A stretch of 32,000 nucleotides of DNA from Dickeya solani IPO 2222 (GTDB lineage Bacteria; Pseudomonadota; Gammaproteobacteria; Enterobacterales; Enterobacteriaceae): NCBI RefSeq assembly GCF_001644705.1, contig NZ_CP015137.1:3300001-3332000 (forward strand). Direction: 5' to 3'. The position numbers and the translations under genes are program-made. A model generated the notes under the pieces. It was not told the origin of the DNA and did not search any database. It saw only the letters and a program-made list of their open reading frames with translations. This document shows positions 28,635 through 32,000 of the stretch, piece by piece. Position 1 is the first letter of the stretch. Every line of letters starts with the position of its first letter.

Positions 28635-28730
28635 TCCGCCGTCGATTCATTTTCATGTTTCATACCGCAGGCCAGGTTCTGTGGGTATATCAATAACGTC
28701 ATCAGACTGTTTTCTGATGCTGGAGGTTAA

Positions 28731-29894
<1,164 letters not shown>

Positions 29895-29920
29895 GCACGT
29901 TTGCGTGGCATGAACGTTTT

Positions 29921-29984
29921 ACAGATAACTTTTCGTGTTGATAATTTTTCGTTTTGATAACTGTTGTTTTGATAACTAAAGAGG
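29921..29984 (+). repeat. four tandem degenerate ~16-bp units, each with a GATAA(C/T)T core, in the tgt-yajC spacer
   Basis: GATAA cores start at 29924, 29940, 29956 and 29971, with spacing 16, 16 and 15. The units are acaGATAACTTTTCGT, gttGATAATTTTTCGT, tttGATAACTGTTGT and tttGATAACTAAAGAGG. The last unit runs into the yajC SD AAGAGG. Confidence 0.9.
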
Positions 29985-29992
29985 ACATTTAA

Positions 29993-30328
29993 ATGAGTCT
30001 TTTCATTTCCGACGCAGTGGCAGCAACCGCAGGTGCTCCGGCTCAGGGAAGCCCGTACTCTCTGGTGATTATGCTGGCCGTGTTCGGTCTGATTTTTTAC
30101 TTCATGATCCTGCGCCCTCAGCAAAAACGTGCCAAGGAACACAAAAAGTTGATGGATTCGATCAGCAAAGGCGACGAAGTGCTGACCAACGGCGGCCTGG
30201 TGGGTCGTGTGACCAAAGTGGCTGATAATGGATTTATCACCATCGCCCTGAACGATACCAACGAAGTCGTGATCAAGCGTGACTACGTGACGTCCGTACT
30301 GCCGAAGGGTACCATGAAGGCCCTGTAA
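29993..30328 (+). CDS. yajC: preprotein translocase subunit YajC, 111 aa
   Basis: ...[46 protein letters not shown] matches the YajC family. It sits in the canonical position before secD. Confidence 0.95.
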   Translation: MSLFISDAVAATAGAPAQGSPYSLVIMLAVFGLIFYFMILRPQQKRAKEHKKLMDSISKGDEVLTNGGLVGRVTKVADNGFITIALNDTNEVVIKRDYVTSVLPKGTMKAL

Positions 30329-30356
30329 TTTTTCGACTTTCCCGAAGGGAACTACC

Positions 30357-32000
30357 GTGTTAAACCGCTATCCTCTGTGGAAGTACCTGATGCTGATCGT
30401 GACGATCGTCGTTGGTCTGCTCTACGCACTTCCTAACCTGTATGGTGAGGATCCGGCAATTCAGGTCACTGGCGCGCGAGGAACCGCCGCCAGTGAATCT
30501 ACGCTGGTCCAGATCCAGAATGTTTTGAAAGAACAAAATGTCGCCAGCAAGTCTATTGCGCTGGAAAACGGTGCCATTCTCGCGCGCTTCTCCACGCCAG
30601 ACGTGCAGCTTCGCGCTCGTGAAGTTCTGCTGAACGCGCTGGGCGAGAAATATGTGGTTGCGCTCAACCTGGCGCCCGCTACCCCGACCTGGCTGAGAAT
30701 GCTGGGGGCGGAACCGATGAAACTAGGTCTTGACCTGCGTGGTGGCGTGCACTTCCTGATGGAAGTGGATATGGACACCGCGTTAAGCAAGCTGCAGGAG
30801 CAGACGATGGATTCCCTGCGCAGCGATCTGCGCGAGAAAGGCATCCAGTATGCTTCTGTTCGCAAGTCAGACAATTATGGCGTGGACATTCTGTTCCGCG
30901 ACGGCCAACTGCGTGACGACGCGGTCAATTATCTGGCCCCCCGCCATCGCGACCTGGTGATCAACACCAGCGGCAGCGATACGCTGCGTGCGGTTATGAG
31001 TGATGCCCGTCTGGGCGAAGCCCGCGAATATGCGGTGCAGCAGAACATCAACATTCTGCGCAACCGTGTCAACCAGCTCGGCGTGGCCGAACCGCTGGTG
31101 CAGCGTCAGGGCGCTGACCGCATTGTGGTGGAACTGCCGGGGATTCAGGACACCGCGCGCGCCAAAGAAATTCTGGGTGCGACCGCCACGCTGGAGTTCC
31201 GTCTGGTCAACAGCAATGTCGATCCTGCCGCGCTGACCAGCGGCCGCGTGCCGGGCGACACCGAAGTGATGAATATGCGTGATGGCGGGCCGGTGGCGCT
31301 GTACAAGCGCGTGATTCTGACCGGTGACCACATTACCGACTCCACCTCCGGCAACGATGAATATAACCGTCCGCAGGTAAATATCTCGCTGGACAGCGCC
31401 GGCGGCAACATGATGTCCAACTTCACTAAGGACAACATCGGCAAACCGATGGCGACCCTGTTCGTGGAGTATAAGGACAGCGGTAAGAAAGATGCCAACG
31501 GCCGCGCGATTCTGGAAAAACAGGAAGAGGTGATTAACGTCGCCACCATCCAGTCCCGTTTGGGCAACAGCTTCCGTATTACCGGTATCAACAACCCGAA
31601 CGAAGCCCGTCAGCTGTCGCTGCTGTTGCGCGCCGGCGCGCTGATTGCGCCGATTCAGATTGTGGAAGAGCGCACCATCGGTCCAACCCTCGGTATGCAG
31701 AACATTACCCAGGGGCTGGAAGCCTGCCTGGCTGGCCTGGCTGTGTCTATCATGTTCATGATCTTCTTCTACAAGAAGTTCGGCATGATTGCGACGTCCG
31801 CGCTGTTGTCGAACCTGGTGCTGGTGGTCGGCATTATGTCGCTGTTGCCGGGGGCTACGCTGACCATGCCGGGGATTGCGGGTATTGTGTTAACCCTTGC
31901 TGTCGCGGTGGACGCCAACGTACTGATTAACGAGCGTATCAAAGAAGAACTGAGCAACGGACGCACCGTTCAGCAGGCGATTGACGAAGGTTACAGGGGC
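30357..32000 (+). CDS. secD: protein translocase subunit SecD, N-terminal 548 codons (3' end beyond the window), GTG start
   Basis: This gene is not in the supplied ORF track because there is no in-window stop. The GTG at 30357 gives [42 protein letters not shown]... and runs in frame to ...[10 protein letters not shown] at 32000. It is collinear with E. coli SecD from memory. Confidence 0.93.
   Translation, partial: MLNRYPLWKYLMLIVTIVVGLLYALPNLYGEDPAIQVTGARGTAASESTLVQIQNVLKEQNVASKSIALENGAILARFSTPDVQLRAREVLLNALGEKYVVALNLAPATPTWLRMLGAEPMKLGLDLRGGVHFLMEVDMDTALSKLQEQTMDSLRSDLREKGIQYASVRKSDNYGVDILFRDGQLRDDAVNYLAPRHRDLVINTSGSDTLRAVMSDARLGEAREYAVQQNINILRNRVNQLGVAEPLVQRQGADRIVVELPGIQDTARAKEILGATATLEFRLVNSNVDPAALTSGRVPGDTEVMNMRDGGPVALYKRVILTGDHITDSTSGNDEYNRPQVNISLDSAGGNMMSNFTKDNIGKPMATLFVEYKDSGKKDANGRAILEKQEEVINVATIQSRLGNSFRITGINNPNEARQLSLLLRAGALIAPIQIVEERTIGPTLGMQNITQGLEACLAGLAVSIMFMIFFYKKFGMIATSALLSNLVLVVGIMSLLPGATLTMPGIAGIVLTLAVAVDANVLINERIKEELSNGRTVQQAIDEGYRG

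Overview
This is a G+C-rich Enterobacterales chromosomal segment, very probably Dickeya (Pectobacteriaceae). The AnsB mature N-terminus [19 protein letters not shown] and most of the protein match, from memory, the Erwinia chrysanthemi L-asparaginase. Gene order follows the backbone known from E. coli K-12: aroL-ppnP-rdgC-mak-sbcC-sbcD-phoB-phoR-brnQ-proY-acpH-queA-tgt-yajC-secD. I call 25 protein-coding genes, two cut by the window edges. secD (30357 to the window end) is real but missing from the supplied ORF track because it has no stop codon in the window. I add one speculative 34-codon ORF upstream of aroL. The left 7 kb is a less conserved block: a LysR fragment, a HAD-IB hydrolase, a lipoprotein alpha/beta hydrolase, a divergent MetE-like Zn-methyltransferase paralog, a YojI-type peptide ABC exporter and AnsB. 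Compared with the E. coli order (from memory) there are three lineage-specific differences. A Cache-type MCP with long flanking non-coding DNA sits between ppnP and rdgC. An orphan PstS-like binding protein and a second MetE-like gene sit between phoR and brnQ. A stand-alone 200-aa 2-Cys peroxiredoxin sits where malZ is in E. coli. yaiA/aroM and araJ are absent. I saw no rRNA, tRNA, CRISPR array, transposase, integrase, prophage gene or recognisable defence gene. I did not find convincing evidence for a novel multi-gene system; this is mostly core housekeeping DNA. The most interesting unexplained signals are: (1) a 470-bp hairpin-dense, G+C-rich non-coding element between the convergent MCP and rdgC genes, bracketed by a repeated TTATCTGG hairpin context; (2) the MetE-like/YojI pair and the phoBR-linked PstS-like/MetE-like pair; (3) a strong-SD mini-ORF abutting aroL; (4) four tandem ~16-bp GATAAY units between tgt and yajC; (5) a 21-bp in-frame tandem duplication carrying the proY start codon. 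All regulatory-site calls (Pho box, OxyR-like, MetJ-like) were matched to consensus by eye.
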